A stretch of DNA of 64,000 bases, from contig NC_043021.1 of the NCBI RefSeq assembly GCF_006345805.1, positions 9,548,001-9,612,000 of the forward strand. Direction: 5' to 3'. The DNA is from Octopus sinensis (lineage: Eukaryota). Below, in pieces: positions 39,166 through 51,955 of the stretch. The notes under the pieces are model-generated. The model ran no database searches. It was not told the origin of the DNA and saw only the letters and a program-made list of their open reading frames with translations. Numbering within the stretch: the stretch's first letter is position 1; the number at the start of each line of letters is the position of its first letter. The position numbers and the translations under genes are program-made.

Positions 39166-39510
39166 AAAGACTTGTGCCCACTAAATGAAGCCTGTATGAC
39201 TGAGGCCATTATTTATGAAGCCACCGTAAGTTCCATAAATGCTAATAATACAGCTTCATCCAAGAAATATGCGGGTCTCACAGAGGGAAATTTCAAAGCA
39301 AGATTCAACAATCACACCTTAAGCTTCAGACACTGGAATAAACGAAAAACTACCAAATTATCCAGTTATATATGGTTCTTAAAAGAACAAGGTGTCGTCA
39401 ACTATAGAATTTACTGGAAGATCTTAGCCAAGTGCAAACCTTATAGCAACAGTAGTGGCAAGTGCGGTCCTTGTAATATGGAAAGATGGTTCATCTGGAA
39501 AAGTTCCTTG
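39166..39510 (+). mobile_element. Penelope-like element GIY-YIG endonuclease fragment
   Basis: CPLNEAC...IIYEATV...KYAGLTEGNFKARFNNHTLSF...LSSYIWFLK...WKIL...CGPC..E..FI is the characteristic PLE endonuclease pattern. Antisense in NOL7-like intron 5. Confidence 0.85.
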
Positions 39511-39872
39511 GACCCCCACTACATGTTTAAATTCAAGAACTTAACTTTTTGGATCATGTCCACACGTCACAAAATAACTGTTACGGTTTTGCCCCCCACC
39601 CCACCCAGATCATGGCTAGAATCCACATTTCTACTATGTTCCTGTACAAGCTTTCCCCTATGTTTTAATTTCCATTAATTTTTTTAATTTTTTATATATA
39701 TATATATATATATATTTTCATTTTTTCTTTTTCCCTTTTTAATTGAGTGTGTACGTGTGTGTGCGTATGTATATGTATGTATATATGAGGGAGTGTGAAT
39801 GTATGTTTGTATATATATATGTATAAATGTCTAAATATATATGTAAGCACCTATGTGTATATGAGGATGAGG

Positions 39873-39917
<45 letters not shown>

Positions 39918-40174
39918 CACATGTGCATGTGTGTGGATGTATGAGTACGTACATACATGTTTGTGTGTGCATGTCCAACATCCCCCCATCCCTGGATCAG
40001 AAGGCTATTCTATCAGAGGGTTGTCTATTTAAAGCTGAGTAGACTAAAGCAACATGAAGTGAAGAATACAAATGCATTGCCTGGTCTGGGAAGCGAACCC
40101 AGGATCTAGCAACCGTGAGTGCAACACCCTAACCATTAGGCCACACACCTTCACATATGTCTATGTATGTGTGA

Positions 40175-40225
<51 letters not shown>

Positions 40226-40226
<1 letters not shown>

Positions 40227-40553
40227 GGCACATGGCTCAATGGTTAGAGCATCAAGCTTACGATTGTGAGGTTGCAAGTTCGATTCCTGGGCCGTGCGTG
40301 TTGTGTTCTTGAGCAAGACACTTTATTTCACGTTGCTCCAGTTCACTCAGCTGTAGAAATGAGTTGCAACGTCACTGGTGCCAAGCTGTATCGGCCCCTC
40401 TGCCTTTCCCTTGGATAACATCAGTGGCATGCAGAGCGGAGGCTGGAATGCATGGGTGACTGCTGGTCTTCCCTAAACAACCTTGCCCGGACCTGTGCCT
40501 TGGAGGGTAACTTTCTAGGTGCAATCGCATAGTCACTCATGGCTGAAGGGAGT

Positions 40554-40559
<6 letters not shown>
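40226..40559 (+). mobile_element. tRNA-derived SINE, family C, full length; partial opposite-strand relatives at about 39990-40152 and 44440-44640
   Basis: tggctcaatggttagagc A-box, aagttcgattcc B-box, CORE-like ttgagcaagacactttatttcacgttgctccagttcactcagctg. Confidence 0.8.
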
Positions 40560-40636
<77 letters not shown>

Positions 40637-40700
40637 CGGATGAACAGACAGAGAAGAAATTCACAACAACATCCATTAGAACTAAATTTCCTCCTCTTAC

Positions 40701-40807
40701 CGGAATCTCTTTTAATCCTGTTACCATAAAGAGACTGTTGCCGAAAGTTTGATGCAGAATTTGCTCTTTCGTTAATCTTTTTTGTCAATGGAACGACTTT
40801 AATTCCT
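40701..40807 (-). CDS. NOL7: NOL7-like gene, exon 5 (RGIKVVPLTKKINERANSASNFRQQSLYGNRIKRDS)
   Basis: Strong acceptor tttttctttttctttctttcAG, 107 nt open, donor CCG|GTAAGA. The A-x-x-F...SLYG...R motif resembles the NOL7 C-terminal region. Confidence 0.85.
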
Positions 40808-41473
40808 CTGAAAGAAAGAAAAAGAAAAATACGGGTCATCATTGAATGGTCACATAACAAAGAATTAGTGTATTTTCCAGTATACAAATTGACACAGTAT
40901 ATAATGTAAGCATTTTCAAACAGCACCACCATCTTTCCAAATCCTGCGGCATTTCCATGGAACTTTGGGTCCTCCAAATTTATTTTGGTGTATAGGTTGT
41001 ACATACCTTTCTTGGCTGTAAATTCTGATCCAAAAGGATCTGATTTGTATGCCAGGAAATATAGTACATAAAGCTGACTGCCTTAACCCTTTAGTGTTCT
41101 GATTATTCAATCAAACATAATGCCTATTGATTCCCATTGATTTGAATTAATCATGAATTATCTCATATCTTCAATATCTTGATGGTGTAGTTACTTAATG
41201 TAGAATAACATTGTAGGGTAGGTGTGAGAGCCTGGATCTGGTCAGTTTGAACATAAAACAGATTAAATATTTTGGCCGGATATGGCCGGTTTAAATACTA
41301 AAGGGTTAAAATTAAGACTTAGAGCAAATATGGTAGTCTTAAAATCAAGGTTAGTCATTAAGGCTCACACCAAAATTACTGTCTAAAATTAAAATTTATG
41401 ATAAAATTAATAACAGCAATAATAATCATAAATAACAACAACATTATAAGATGTAACTTAAGAGGATAAAGAC

Positions 41474-41540
41474 CTGGTTAAGGGGATGAAATTTTTGTCT
41501 TCTGTAAACTCCACTTGATCTTCTCCAGCTGACAGATTAT
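41474..41540 (-). CDS. NOL7: NOL7-like gene, exon 4 (DNLSAGEDQVEFTEDKNFIPLT)
   Basis: Acceptor ttttatttcatttcAG, 67 nt open in phase 1 to 2, exactly bridging exons 3 and 5. Donor CAG|GTCTTT is weak. Confidence 0.65.
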
Positions 41541-41681
41541 CTGAAATGAAATAAAATTAAATATTTTTAGGCTGCTCTCTCCTTCGCCATCACCGCAACC
41601 CTTGTCAACATTGCATCTACTTAAAGTAGATGCAATAGAGTGATATAGTCAAGAGAAGCCTGAAGTGAAAAAGCTACTACA

Positions 41682-42592
41682 ATCCACCAAGCTGTAACAA
41701 GGCACCACAGAAAGGTACAGTCCACCAAGCTGTAAGGAGGCACCACTGAGAGGTAGAGTTCACTCAGCTGTAAGTAAGTATCACAGTGAGGTACAGTCCA
41801 CCAAGCTGTAAGGAAGTACCACAGAGAGGTACAGTCCACCAAGCTGTAAGGAAGTACCACAGTGAGGTACAGTCCACCAAGCTGTAAGGAAGTACCACAG
41901 TGAGGTACAGTTCACCAAGCTGTAAGGAAGTACCACAGTGAGGTACAGTTCACAAGCTGTAAGGAGGTACCACAGTGAGGTACAGTCCACCAAGCTGTAA
42001 GGAGTTAGCACAGTGAGGTACAGTCCACAAGCTGTAAGGAAGTACACAGTGAGGTACAGTCCACCAAGCTGTAAGGAAGTACCACAGTGAGGTACAGTTC
42101 ACCAAGCTGTAAGGAAGTACCACAGTGAGGTACAGTTCACCAAGCTGTAAGGAGTTAGCACAGTGAGGTACAGTCCACCAAGTTGTAAGGAGGTACCACA
42201 GTGAGGTACAGTTCACAAGCTGTAAGGAGGTACCACAGTGAGGTACAGTCCACCAAGCTGTAAGGAGTTAGCATAGAGAGGTACAGTCCACCAAGCTGTA
42301 AGGAAGTACCACAGTGAGGTACAGTTCACCAAGCTGTAAGGAAGTACCACAGTGAGGTACAGTTCACCAAGCTGTAAGGAGTTAGCACAGTGAGGTACAG
42401 TCCACCAAGTTGTAAGGAGGTACCAGTGAGGTACAGTTCACCAAGCTGTAAGGAGGTACCACAGAGAGGCACAGTCCACCAAGCTGTAAGAAGGTACCAG
42501 AGAGGCACAGTCCACCAAGCTGTAAGGAGGTACCACGGAGAAGCACAGTCCACCAAGCTGTAAGGAGGAACCACAGAGAGGCACAGTCCAAT
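41682..42592. repeat. 38-bp minisatellite, about 24 units, in NOL7-like intron 3
   Basis: Unit aagctgtaaggaagtaccacagtgaggtacagtccacc; period checked at 41841 to 41879. Confidence 0.95.
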
Positions 42593-43023
42593 TGCAATAA
42601 ATGTTTTTGCATGTTTTTGTTTTTTTCCTTTCAATTTCGTTCAGTTGCTTTTTAGCCTCGAGTCAGGTCTGACCCCAGGGGATCTATGATCAAAAATATT
42701 TGCCAACAGTAGGTTGTGGCTTGAGGAAGCCCTAGCTATTATGTCTAGCAAGCTATTATGTCTAGCTGTTCCCATGGTGTGATATTGTTCTTGTATAACA
42801 CAAGGAGCCTTGATTGAATAGGGACTATGATCAAAGACAATCCAATCGTGACCATCCACCTGAGAACCCAAGACCACATTAACCAACATGTCTTTTACTA
42901 AGATGGTGGGTGTGTGTGATATGAATGAGATTTGGCTGCTATTTCTAACAGATTGAGTGACCATGTTGGGAGCTCCCCTTATTTACTTGTGATGTTATAT
43001 GAGTATTCAGTTATGGCTTATAC

Positions 43024-43195
43024 CTGTTTGTTTCTCTTCATCTTCATCATCATCTTCATCATCATCATCATCATCATCATTATCATCATCATCGTCACTA
43101 GATGCTGCTGGCAACTGTGGTACAGCTGTCTTTGAAACAGTTCTAGTGTCTGAAGACTCTTTATCTGATACTTGAACTGCCTTCTGTTTTTCTAA
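43024..43195 (-). CDS. NOL7: NOL7-like gene, exon 3 (LEKQKAVQVSDKESS...poly-D/E...EEKQT)
   Basis: Acceptor tttcttctttgcAG, 172 nt open in phase 0 to 1, donor CAG|GTATAA. Contains a coding (GAT)n acidic tract. Confidence 0.85.
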
Positions 43196-43413
43196 CTGCA
43201 AAGAAGAAATATCATATGAAACAAAACAATTATCCAAAACATTGGTTTCAAATTTTGACACAAGGCTAGCAATTTTGGGGGAAGGGGTAAGTCGATTACA
43301 TCAGCCCCAGTATTTAACTGGTACTTATTTTATCGATCCCAAAATGATGAAAGGTCTAGTCGACCTCAGCAAACTTTTAACAACTCAGAATGTAAAGAAA
43401 GACAAAATGTCGC

Positions 43414-43444
<31 letters not shown>

Positions 43445-43451
43445 TAGCGAC

Positions 43452-43482
<31 letters not shown>

Positions 43483-44005
43483 TCTTTTACTTGTTTCAGT
43501 CACTTGACTGCGGCCATGCTGGGGCACCACTTTTAGTCAAATAAATTGACCACAGGACTTATTTTTTGTAAGCCTAGTTCTTATTCTATCGGTCTCTCTT
43601 GCCGAACCAGTGACACACCAGCATCGGTTGTCAAGCGATGTTGGGGAGACAAACACAAACACACCTAGTTCTTATTCTATCAGCCTCTATTGCTGAACCA
43701 CTAAGTTTCAGGGATGTAAACATGCCAACATCAGTTGTCAAGTGATGGTGGTGGAACAAACACAGACACATAAATATATACATATATATATATACATATA
43801 TATATATACAATGGGCTTCTTCCAGTTTCTGTCAACCAAATCCACTTTGGTCAGTTCGAGGCTAGAGTAGAAGATACTTGCCCAAGGTGTCTCGCAGTGG
43901 GACTGAACCCAGAACCATGTGGTCGGGAAGCAAGCTTCTTACCACACAGCCACACACTTATATATATATATATGTATATATGTATATATATATATATTAT
44001 TATAT

Positions 44006-44084
<79 letters not shown>

Positions 44085-44088
<4 letters not shown>

Positions 44089-44258
44089 TAAGCAATAAGG
44101 GTTTAGCAACGAGTTGCCTTACCACATACCGAATTTAGAAATAGCAGTCAAAGGGTTATAGCTATTTCTTCTACTAAAAAGGGAGATCTCTTTGACTGCT
44201 ATTTCTAAATTCGGTATGTGGTAAGGCAACTCGTTGCTAAACCCTTATTGCTTAGTAT
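44085..44258. repeat. Perfect 69-bp inverted repeat with 36-nt loop
   Basis: 44085-44153 is the exact reverse complement of 44190-44258. Confidence 0.95.
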
Positions 44259-45470
44259 TACTTAATTTTCCTCGAATGAGGCTTTACATGCCGAAGACTA
44301 CTGGTGTAATTGATAATTTTCCAAATTAATTAATTTCACCCTTCATTATTACGGATATATATATTATATATATATATTATATATATAATATATATATATA
44401 TATGTATATATACCTTTAGTTACACAGTTTCCATGGCATATAGGTGACCGAGGTCACTGGATTTCCTCTTTGCCAGACACCAATTCATCACAGAGTTGCT
44501 CATCTACGTCTGACCAAACTGGAGCAATGTGCAATGATGTATTTTGATCAAGAACACAATACACCACCCAGTCTTGGAATTGAAACCATGGTTTTGCAAC
44601 CTCGAGTGCAACACCCTTACCCACTAGGCCATGTGCCTTCATATATTACTCTTTTACATGTTTCAGTCATTTGACTGCGGCCATGCTGGAGCACCGCCTT
44701 TAATCGAGCAACTCGACCTCAGGACTTATTCTTTTGTAAGCCCAGTACTTATTCTATCTGTCTCTTTTGCCGAACTGCTAAGTAACGGGGACATAAACAC
44801 ACCAGCATCAGTTGTCAAGCAATGCTAAGGGGACAAACACAGACACACAAACACACACACGCATATATATATACATACATATATACGATGGGCTTCTTTC
44901 AGTTTCCGTCTACCAAATCCACTCACAAGGCTTTGGTCAGCCCGATGCTATAGTAGAAGACACTTGCCCAAGGTGGCACGCAGTGGGACTGAACCCGGAA
45001 CCATGTGGTTGGTAAACAAGCTACTTACCACACAGCCACTCCTAATATATATATACATATATATATTATTATTATTATCAACATTTAATGTCAGTTTTCC
45101 ATGCTGGCATGGGTTGGATGGCTTGACAGAAACTGGCATGGCCAAGGGCCCACACTAGGTTCCATAGTCGGTTTTGGCTTGTAGAAACAGGTGGATGCCC
45201 TTCCTAACACCAACCACTTTACAGAGTGCACTGGGTGCTTTTTATGTGGCACCATCACCCATAAGAATGCTTTTTACATGGCACTTTGCTTTTAGGATCT
45301 TATCTCTGTTGTGGTGTGTGGGTCTTCTCAAGTACAGCAATGCACCACATACCTCAGCCCCGTATCCCTTCTTTCTGAAGGTTCAGCATTTTGATATTGG
45401 CTTTACATACACACAAACACACACACACACACACACACAAAAGACTCCAAGTAATAAAAAAAACAATAAC

Positions 45471-45706
45471 CTTTTGCCGTGTGTTTCTTTCTTGAATTCT
45501 CTTTCTCTTCTCTTTCTTCTGTTCTTTAATGTCTCTGAGATTTTCATGTACCTGCCGTGCCGTTTCCAATGTGGCTTTCTTACTTGTGCTAAAGGTCACC
45601 TCTTCAGGTGCATCGTCGCTATCATCGGAGACATCTGTACCAGCCTCAGACAACTGTACCTCGTCTCCATTTATTGAGAGATCTTCCTCAGGTTTTCTTT
45701 CATATT
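45471..45706 (-). CDS. NOL7: NOL7-like gene, exon 2 (EYERKPEED...SDDSDDAPEEVTFSTSKK...KKEKRKRIQERNTRQK)
   Basis: Acceptor tttcttgatcAG, 236 nt open, donor AAG|GTTATT. The DDAPEEVTF motif followed by a K/E/R-rich coiled segment resembles NOL7/Utp16 (human DEAPEEVTF...KEKRKRREE, recalled from memory). Confidence 0.88.
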
Positions 45707-46446
45707 CTGATCAAGAAATGAATGAACAAACATGAATGAGATGAAACAAGTAATGTGGTGCTCCAGCAAGGCCACAGCCAGCTAGCTGGGATGAGTAAAG
45801 AAAGGTGAAGTAGAACTAATTTTTATGTAAACATTACTCCACTTTCATAAATAGCAATTTATAGCAGACGCACAAAGATATAAATTTGGAGAAGAAACAA
45901 TCAATCAATCACATCACACATACTCCAATAAATTTCTAATTCTTTTTTGATCAATAGCAATAATTTATAACTTAGGTACAAGGAAAAAGGAATTTGTGGA
46001 GTGAAAACAGGTCATTAGATTAGCCCAGAGTATGTGTGTGTGTATATATTTATACATATAAATTTGACATGGGTGATTTTTTCTTGTCTTGGGATTCACG
46101 GTCAAACAGCTGGGTGGAATCGTGCGAAAAATTACACAGATGTGTAGAATGATCCAGTGGTGATGCTGGGCTTTGCATTTTTTCATAGCTCCCATGGTTA
46201 CAGAGATAATCTACTATAATAATACTCTTGTGTTTATGAATGAGAAAGGAAGGGGTGACAGATAAATAACAAAGGAAGGGGTGATGTCATACTTGGTAGT
46301 GTAAGATGGAAAAAATCAATCAAACCATTAATTGATCGCTCGCTTATTTGGCTGGATACCTAACCAGTTGACTACTAATAAAGAACTTTTGTGTTGTCTA
46401 CGTTGATCCTCAGACCATAAGGTCAAGTGAAGCAGGCAATGTTGTA

Positions 46447-47495
46447 CATCATCATCATCATCGTTTAACATCCGTTTTCCATGCTAGCATAGGTTGGACA
46501 GTTCGACTGGGGTCTGAGAAGCCAAAAGGCTGCTCCAGTCTGATCTAGCAGTGTTTCTACAGCTGGATGCTCTTATTAACGCCAACCACTCCGTGAGTGT
46601 AGTGGGTCCTTTTTATGTGCCACCAGCACAGGGGCCAAATTGGTTGATGCTTTTTACATGCCACCATCACGGAAGCCATCAAGGCTGTGCTGGCATCAAC
46701 CACATTCGGATGGTGCTTTTTATGTGCCACCAGCACAGGGGCCAAATTGGTTGATGCTTTTTACATGCCACCGGCACAGAAGCCAGTCAAGGCAGTGCTG
46801 GCATCAGCCACATTTGGATGGTGCTTTTTATGTGCCACTGACATGGATATCACAACTACAATTTCCATTTGATTTTTATTTTGATGTTGATGTACTTGAC
46901 TCAACAGGTTTCCTCAAGCACAGCAGGTTGCCCTACAATCCAAGGTAAGCACAGCAGGCTGTCCTGCAATCCAAGGTACTTTGAATGGGCTGGGGCTGGT
47001 TATGTGAAGCTAGTGTAGGATACAGCCATGAACTCACTTTATTTGTCAGGTCTTCGCAGTCACAGCATATCTCCAGAGGTCTCGGTCTTTCGTCGTTGCC
47101 TCTCTGAGGCCCAACGCTCGAAGATCATATCCAAATGTTCGGCTTCAATGGCAGAGATAATGGCGTCATCATCAATGAACATGAAGTTGGTCACAGATCT
47201 GTTAGCACTGAACTGTACACCCCTTTGTCCATCAAAAGCCTGCCATATGATGGCATCGATGATAACACTGAACAGGAAAGGGGTGACCACATCTCCTTAT
47301 CGAACACCTGTCTTGGTGTCAGAGCAGGCTGCAGGATGAGCAATGGAAGACTAAAACACCAACTTTTCTGATGGCAGCAACCCACGCACTGGAGAATCCA
47401 GCGCAGTGCACCAAAGAAGCCATGGGCGAAAGAAATTGAGGAAGAGCTGAAGTTACAGTGCCTCAATCTCAAGCATAATAAAACCAGCACCATGG
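46447..47495 (-). mobile_element. Internally deleted RTE-like LINE: RT fragment plus repeat-rich 3' UTR and (GAT)n tail
   Basis: PFLFSVIIDAI...FIDDDAII (RT domains, frameshifted), contiguous with the 3' region found in many short copies (ggaagggcatccagctgtagaaac...ggacgttaaacgatgatgat). Confidence 0.7.
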
Positions 47496-48451
47496 ATCAG
47501 AAAGCATGGGTTAACACCATCATAAGAGTTCGACAGACAGCAGCACCCACAGCAGTTGAGGGGACAACTTCCCTCTCCAGTCACCAGCTAGGGATTTTAC
47601 TTACTAATGAAGAAATATATCTGAACCAGTGTGTGTTTATTACTGGCGTAATGACCCTCCCAACACATAACAAAATTAGTGGTTTAATTTCTTCTATTAT
47701 AATTTCATTTACACCTCAGATGCCTTATAGGAATATATTGGTCATTTGTGTCCGTCTTTGTCCACAACTATGTTTAACTCCCTGGTATCAAGTCTCTAGC
47801 TCCAAACTGCTTTGAATTAAAACAAGTTCTATAATATAGTTTTTAAAACAGGTGAAAATGAGAGAAAGGCAGCGTAATAAAATATCAACATATGATAGAT
47901 CTAATTAATTTTCTGTATATACTGATGTTAGTGACGAAACACGTAGAATTTTTAATGAGATTTTGGGGTCTTGTCGGTGATAACATTCTTTTATTAAAAG
48001 ATTCTGAATATGTTTAGTTTTAAAGTCAAAATCCATTAGATACGCAAATCATATAGCAGTTATATTAAAATACTATGGTAAACCTCTAATGATCATAAGT
48101 TTTATTTGATGAAAGAAAAGAAATAAGTACTTGGCAACGATAAACAAAATAATTAACACCTAAAAATGTTTTCAATTTTAATTACGCCGCTCTTGTCCAA
48201 TAGCTCAGGGATTAATGAGGTTGAACAACGCTCTTACGGTTTACACGACAAAAAACAAAAAGTGTCACAGATTCGAGACAAAAGTTTAACAAATACAAAT
48301 TTGAAAAAAAAACACGCCAACAACATAAACATAACGTGGTTTTAGATTTCGTTGATCGCGTGGTGAATAGTTTAAGAGGGGGGAAAAAAAAGAATTTCAT
48401 TGAAAATAAATACAATAAAAAATAAATTTATGAGTGCTGTATGACTGATAC

Positions 48452-48488
48452 CTGCAAGTTTAATCTTCTTCAGCTTGTATTTGGGCAT
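48452..48488 (-). CDS. NOL7: NOL7-like gene, coding exon 1 (MPKYKLKKIKLA, phase 1 out)
   Basis: ATG at 48488 in aaaaATG context, open for 37 nt to donor CAG|GTATCA. Phase 1 matches the next exon. Confidence 0.72.
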
Positions 48489-48567
48489 TTTTGTGCAGGT
48501 AAGACCAACTAATTAATTGCTAAAAGTAATTAATTGCATAGATGAAGACAACGTGTCTTCGGTGACA

Positions 48568-48576
48568 CCGGAAGAG
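48568..48576 (-). promoter_or_regulatory. CTCTTCCGG (TCT-initiator/ETS-like) motif, candidate core promoter of the NOL7-like gene
   Basis: Lies about 80 nt upstream of the ATG in a locally CpG-enriched patch. Such motifs are typical of housekeeping and ribosome-biogenesis promoters (inference). Confidence 0.35.
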
Positions 48577-49854
48577 ATAAGTAACAGGGAGATAACTCTG
48601 AATCGACTGCGTCTTGAACAGCCAGTTTAGTATGGTTTAGTTTAGTATAGTTATGGCCAAGCAGCAGTCCTTGTGATTTTCTGGATGACACGCGTAACGA
48701 AAAATTACCTTGAAGTGTTTCTAGTTATGCGATCCGCCTAATGACCAGTCATGCCTCATGTGGCTCGCTTCTCGCAAAAGGTTGCCCATGCCTGTTAGCA
48801 CCAAGACCTCTCTGATTGAATAAGGCTTATTATGATCAAAGATGTTTTAGCCACGACCAACCCGGGCTTTTGTGTTTCAACAATTTCACGGTCCATTCTT
48901 TTCTTCTTTCAACAAGACGGTCTTGCTATTAACTTCCATATCACTGCTGATGCTGTTGTTATTGTTATTGTTGTTTAGTAGGCCTTAGCTAATATTTCCT
49001 TTAAAAGTTTTGTTTTCTTACATTTATCCAAACTCCATGGAATCCATCGCAACACATGGCTATGATGCTCCCCCACTTCTATTACTCGTCATTAAGGATT
49101 CACATATTGTCAGCCACTAAGATACATGGTATAACGATATTTCTGCTTCAGCAACACAGCGCTGAATCTGTCTAAAATGTAATGGAAAATAGGTCAGTTT
49201 TGAAACATTGATGTCCAGATGACAAAAGCAAAGTTTGAAGGAAACTAATCATTTTCCTTTGATTTCTAAACAGAAGCAAATAGGAAATAACACTTACTGA
49301 CCGAAGACCACCCACCACCACCCCAAAAAATAAAAATTTTATTACCTGTATGATCATTACATTGCTATCGTTTTGTATCGGCAGTCCTTGACCCCAAGTA
49401 TAAAAAGAAAGCAACATAATCTCAAACGAAATTAAGCTCAGGAAAATAAGCAAGTTACAAAAAAAACAAGCAAAAAAAAAAAACTACCCCTAAATAACAA
49501 TTCATCTGGTCACATACACTAAAAAATGTTTCCGAAGATATTAACTAAAGTAATATGGCGCTACATTAAAATATATTGTAGTCACGGCTATTTTTGTTTT
49601 GTTCCAAATGTAAATCGTATTGTTAATATATTTTACTGCTTTTTTTTACAACCAATAAATGCTGCAATATTTGTGAAGCTGACAAAATATTTCTCATGGG
49701 GAACTAGACAATCTGCTATTAGGTATGTGAAACAACTAAAATGACTAACAAAATACAAAAGAGTGTCAAGCAATGATAAAAGACCAGTGAAAAGTCAACT
49801 TATTGCACTGTGATGTGTTTGTATATAAGAAATTTTATATTTTTGCGTTTCTAA

Positions 49855-51035
49855 AGTGTTTATGAACAAGGTGCATTCCAGAAGTTTTGAGACTTTTTCA
49901 GGAGAGACATTTATTAAGTTCAAAGAAGTACGAAATTCTAAACTCCTTCAAAGTAGGATTCTCCGACATCAATGCATTTGTTGCAGCGCTCCAGCCATGG
50001 AATTCTTTCAAAGTGAAGGTGTTCAGAACCCTTGTCACAGCTTCCTTCATCTTCAAAACGACTGCCCCTGAGGTTCTCCTTCGGTTTGAGGAATAACCAG
50101 AAGTCACAGAGAGCAAGGTCTGGATTGTCGGGAGGGTTAGGGACAGATTTCGCCCCTATCCCTGTTAAATCAATGGTTCCCAGGATGTTCGTCAATGAGC
50201 ATCCTGGGAACAAATTTTGCGCACGTTCAGATTTTTATGAATAATTCTACTCTTTTACTCTGTTACTTGTTTCAGTCTTTTGACTGTGGCCATACTGGAG
50301 CACCGCCAGTAGTAGAGTAAATCGACCCTAGGACTTATTCTTTGTAAGCCTAGTACTTATTCTATCGGTCTCTTTTGCCGAACCGCTAAGTTACGGGGAC
50401 ATAAACACACCAGCATCAGTTGTCAAGCGATGTTGGGGAGACAAACGCAGACACACAAGCACACACACACACATATGCATATATACGACGGGCTTCTTTC
50501 AGTTTCCGCCTACCAAATCCACTCACAAGGCTTTGGTCGGCCCGAGGCTATAGTAGAAGACACTTGCCCAAGGTGCCACGCAGCGGGACTGAACCCAGAA
50601 CCATGTGGTTCGTAAGCAACCCACTCCTACGCCTCTGTGTACAGTTGTCACACCAACTCCAAACTGTATATTTATTGTCTTTATAGACACACAACGATCT
50701 TCGTCCAGAAAATTGCAAATTTTCTCAACCAGCTCTGATGTTCTGACGTCCTTCTCCTTTCCACATCTCACTTCGTCTCTCATTCCCCCTCTATCCTCTT
50801 TAGACCTCTTGTGGTCAGTGAGAAAGTAAATCCAATATCAGTCTGGAGCATTTTATAGGTTGCCGCAGTGTTGTTACCCAGTTTAATATAAAACTTTATT
50901 GCATAGCAAACTTCCACACATCCCGCCTGCATTCTGCAGTTTAGTAGTCATCTGTGAGAAGCAGTGCTTAGCTGGGTGTGTTCAAAGTGCTGTTACAGCC
51001 GCCTTCTTCAACCAAGAATAACAAAAGATGGCAGG
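49855..51035 (-). mobile_element. Degenerate mariner transposon split by a SINE
   Basis: AIKFYIKLG, RTSELVEKI...DRCVSI...TVHR|IIHKNLNVRK, FVPRML, PDNPDLALCDFWLF (YSPDLAP-like), LERCNKCIDVGESYFEG. Large internal deletion. SINE at 50248-50633. Confidence 0.85.
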
Positions 51036-51414
51036 TCAGCTTATTAGATGTTTAGTAAAGACTAGCTTAAGGTGACCCGCTCTACGCGTGGGTGAGGGTG
51101 TGGTTGTTACTTTCTGTTGCTTCCTTTCTGTTTCTTAAACTTTGCCTTAATTTTCATTATGCTATCAGATGTTGTTATACATCATTGATCACAATGCGCT
51201 TTGCATCGTTCTAGCCTTCGAATGGCGCCACCACGCTGGCTAGGGAAGGAGGCCAACGTTCCCTCCTCACTTAATTAAAAGGGAAACTGGACCAATGTGG
51301 AATAAAGCGTTCTAACCAAGAACACAATGCGCTGCCGGGTCTGGGAATCGAACTCACAATCTAGCGTTCGTGATTGTAACAGCTTAACCACCAAGACCAC
51401 GCGCCTTCACCCGT

Positions 51415-51955
51415 CAGAATCGTTAGCACGCCGGACGAAAGGCTTAGCGGTTTTTCGTCTGCAGTTACATTCTGAGTTCAAATTCCGCCGAGGTCGGCTT
51501 TGCCTTTCATCCTTTCGGGGTCGATATAATCGGGTTAATCCGTTTGTCTGTCCTTATTTGTCCCCTCTGTGCGTAGTCCCTTGTGGGCAGTAAAGAAATA
51601 GGTATTTCGTCTGCCGTTACGTTCAGAGTTCAAATTCCACCGAGGTCGACTTTACCTTTCATCCTTTTGGGGTCGATTAAATAAGTACCATTTACGCACT
51701 GGGGTCGATATAATCGACTTAATCCCTTTGTCTGTCCTTGTTTGTCCCCTCTGTGTGTAGCCCCTTGTGGGCAGTAAAGAAATAGGTATTTCGTCTACCG
51801 TTACGTTCTGAGTTCAAATTCCGCTGAGGTCGACTTTACCTTTCATCCTTCTGGTGTCGATTAAATAAGTACCAGTTACGCACTGGGGTCGATATAATCG
51901 ACTTAATCCCTTTGTCTCCTCTATGTTTAGCCCCCTGTGGGTAATAAAGAAATAA
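51415..51955 (+). repeat. Tandem trimer of family B SINE, period about 184 bp
   Basis: Units 2 and 3 start at atttcgtc directly after the aaataggt tail. Confidence 0.88.

Noticed and set aside
40226-40300. tRNA genes at SINE heads
   Set aside because: A and B boxes are present, but there is no convincing cloverleaf and they run straight into SINE bodies.
41619-41660. Alternative NOL7-like exon after the minisatellite (acceptor ttttcacttcAG)
   Set aside because: In the required phase it reads G-F-S-stop; no good donor.
41682-42592. CRISPR-like appearance of the 38-bp array and its ORFs
   Set aside because: Head-to-tail units with no unique spacers, no cas genes, eukaryotic intron context.
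48490-48504. Plus-strand donor CAG|GTAAGA overlapping the NOL7-like start region
   Set aside because: A single 9-mer with no supporting exon or frame; likely chance.
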